NCBI RefSeq assembly: GCF_020885515.1
Contig: NZ_AP024987.1
Span: forward strand, 30,001-62,000
Origin: a cyanobacterium endosymbiont of Braarudosphaera bigelowii
GTDB taxonomy: Bacteria; Cyanobacteriota; Cyanobacteriia; Cyanobacteriales; Microcystaceae
DNA length: 32,000 nt
Direction of reading: 5' to 3'
Part shown: positions 30,998 to 32,000 of the stretch, piece by piece
Layout: every line of letters starts with the position of its first letter
Numbering within the stretch: the stretch's first letter is position 1
Notes under the pieces: model-generated
Told to the model about the DNA's origin: nothing
Seen by the model: only the letters and a program-made list of their open reading frames with translations
Database searches by the model: none
Made by a program: the position numbers and the translations under genes

Positions 30998-32000
30998 ATG
31001 ACCTCTCTTCTTCAAGAATCAAAAGAAAACATATCTTCATCTCTCTTAAAAACAATAACTCTTGATGTAGCAGGTATGAAATGTGCTAGCTGTGTTAAAG
31101 CTGTAGAAAAAAAACTCTTAGAACAGCCTGGAGTAATTTCTGCTCAAGTTAACTTAATTACTGAAGTTGCTGTTGTTGAATATAATACTGAAGCTGTACA
31201 ATCATCATCTTTAACTGAGAAATTGACAATAATAGGTTTTCCATCTAGTGTTCGTACTTCACAAAATCTTACCATTCAACAAAGAAAACTTAAAAGTAAT
31301 CAGCACCAGCAAAAAGAAGAAACACAACAAAAAATTAATCTTTCTATTGCTACTATTTTGATTTTCATCTCTAGCCTAGGTCATCTAACATATATAGGTG
31401 GACCAGATTTTTTTATATTAAATGACTTAAGATTTCATTGGGTTTTAGCTACTATAGCAATTGTCATTCCAGGATTTGATATTTTTCTTGATGGCTGGCG
31501 TGGATTAGTTAACGGAATAGCCAATATGAATACTTTGGTTGGATTGGGAACTTTTAGTGCATACTCAATTAGTTGTGTTGCATTAATATTTCCTGATCTA
31601 GGTTGGGAATGTTTCTTTGATGAGCCAGTGATGTTATTAGGATTTATTTTACTAGGTCGTATTTTAGAAAAGCGGGCCAAAAACCGTGCTTCGTCAGCCA
31701 TAGAGTCCTTAATTGAATTACAACCCGCATTAGCCCGTCTAAGTAGTGATCCGTTTTCAGAAAATCAGTCTAGTATAGAAATTCCTGTTGAGCAAGTTCG
31801 TTTGGGAGAATATATAAAAATATTACCCGGTGATAAGATTCCTGTAGATGGAAGGATTATTACTGGAGAAACTACTATTGATGAATCACTAGTCACTGGA
31901 GAATCGATGCCTGTAGTAAAAAAAACAGGCGAAGAAGTATTCGTAGGTACATTAAATCATTCGGGTTTAATCATTATTGAAACAACTCGCATTGGTAAAA
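30998..32000 (+). CDS. Copper-transporting P-type ATPase (CtaA/PacS-like), 5' part, open at window end
   Basis: ATG at 30998 opens an uninterrupted frame MTSLLQESKENISSSLLKTITLDVAGMKCASCVKAVEKKLLEQPGVISAQVNL... with HMA motif GMKCASC, actuator-domain TGES (DESLVTGESMPVVKKTG), and multiple TMs. Not in the ORF track because no stop occurs before 32000. Confidence 0.93.
   Translation, partial: MTSLLQESKENISSSLLKTITLDVAGMKCASCVKAVEKKLLEQPGVISAQVNLITEVAVVEYNTEAVQSSSLTEKLTIIGFPSSVRTSQNLTIQQRKLKSNQHQQKEETQQKINLSIATILIFISSLGHLTYIGGPDFFILNDLRFHWVLATIAIVIPGFDIFLDGWRGLVNGIANMNTLVGLGTFSAYSISCVALIFPDLGWECFFDEPVMLLGFILLGRILEKRAKNRASSAIESLIELQPALARLSSDPFSENQSSIEIPVEQVRLGEYIKILPGDKIPVDGRIITGETTIDESLVTGESMPVVKKTGEEVFVGTLNHSGLIIIETTRIGK

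Noticed and set aside
31435-31701. 88-aa minus ORF at the right end
   Set aside because: Antisense to the P-type ATPase frame (30998..>32000), which has clear motifs.

Overview
Ordinary cyanobacterial chromosome segment: about 79% coding by hand count, AT-rich, and mostly single-copy housekeeping genes. The 25 CDS calls include two that run off the window edges. Left to right they are: 3' end of an OprB-type porin, ftsH, a YggT/Ycf19 protein, an ABC exporter, ferredoxin-dependent sulfite reductase, mgtE, aroC, two small conserved-looking proteins, trmH, dapL, a DUF3153-like lipoprotein, an RNase II/R family exonuclease, tilS, ccsB/ccsA, ruvB, a GT9 glycosyltransferase, nadD, nadE, an LD-carboxypeptidase, an HpnA-like epimerase, trmD, clpS, a CPBP protease and the 5' part of a Cu-type P-ATPase. 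The P-ATPase is absent from the supplied ORF track because it has no stop inside the window. The low GC, relatively long gaps and gene content suggest a reduced or streamlined cyanobacterium, possibly of the UCYN-A / Crocosphaera-related symbiont type; this is inference. I found no tRNA, rRNA, CRISPR, transposase, phage or defence genes. The non-coding DNA is the most interesting part: several long perfect inverted repeats (26, 23, 21 and 20 bp), one of them in a divergent gap where a plain terminator is not expected; a structured leader upstream of mgtE; and a 1.07 kb unexplained gap. I see no convincing novel multi-gene system. Repeat coordinates were counted by hand.
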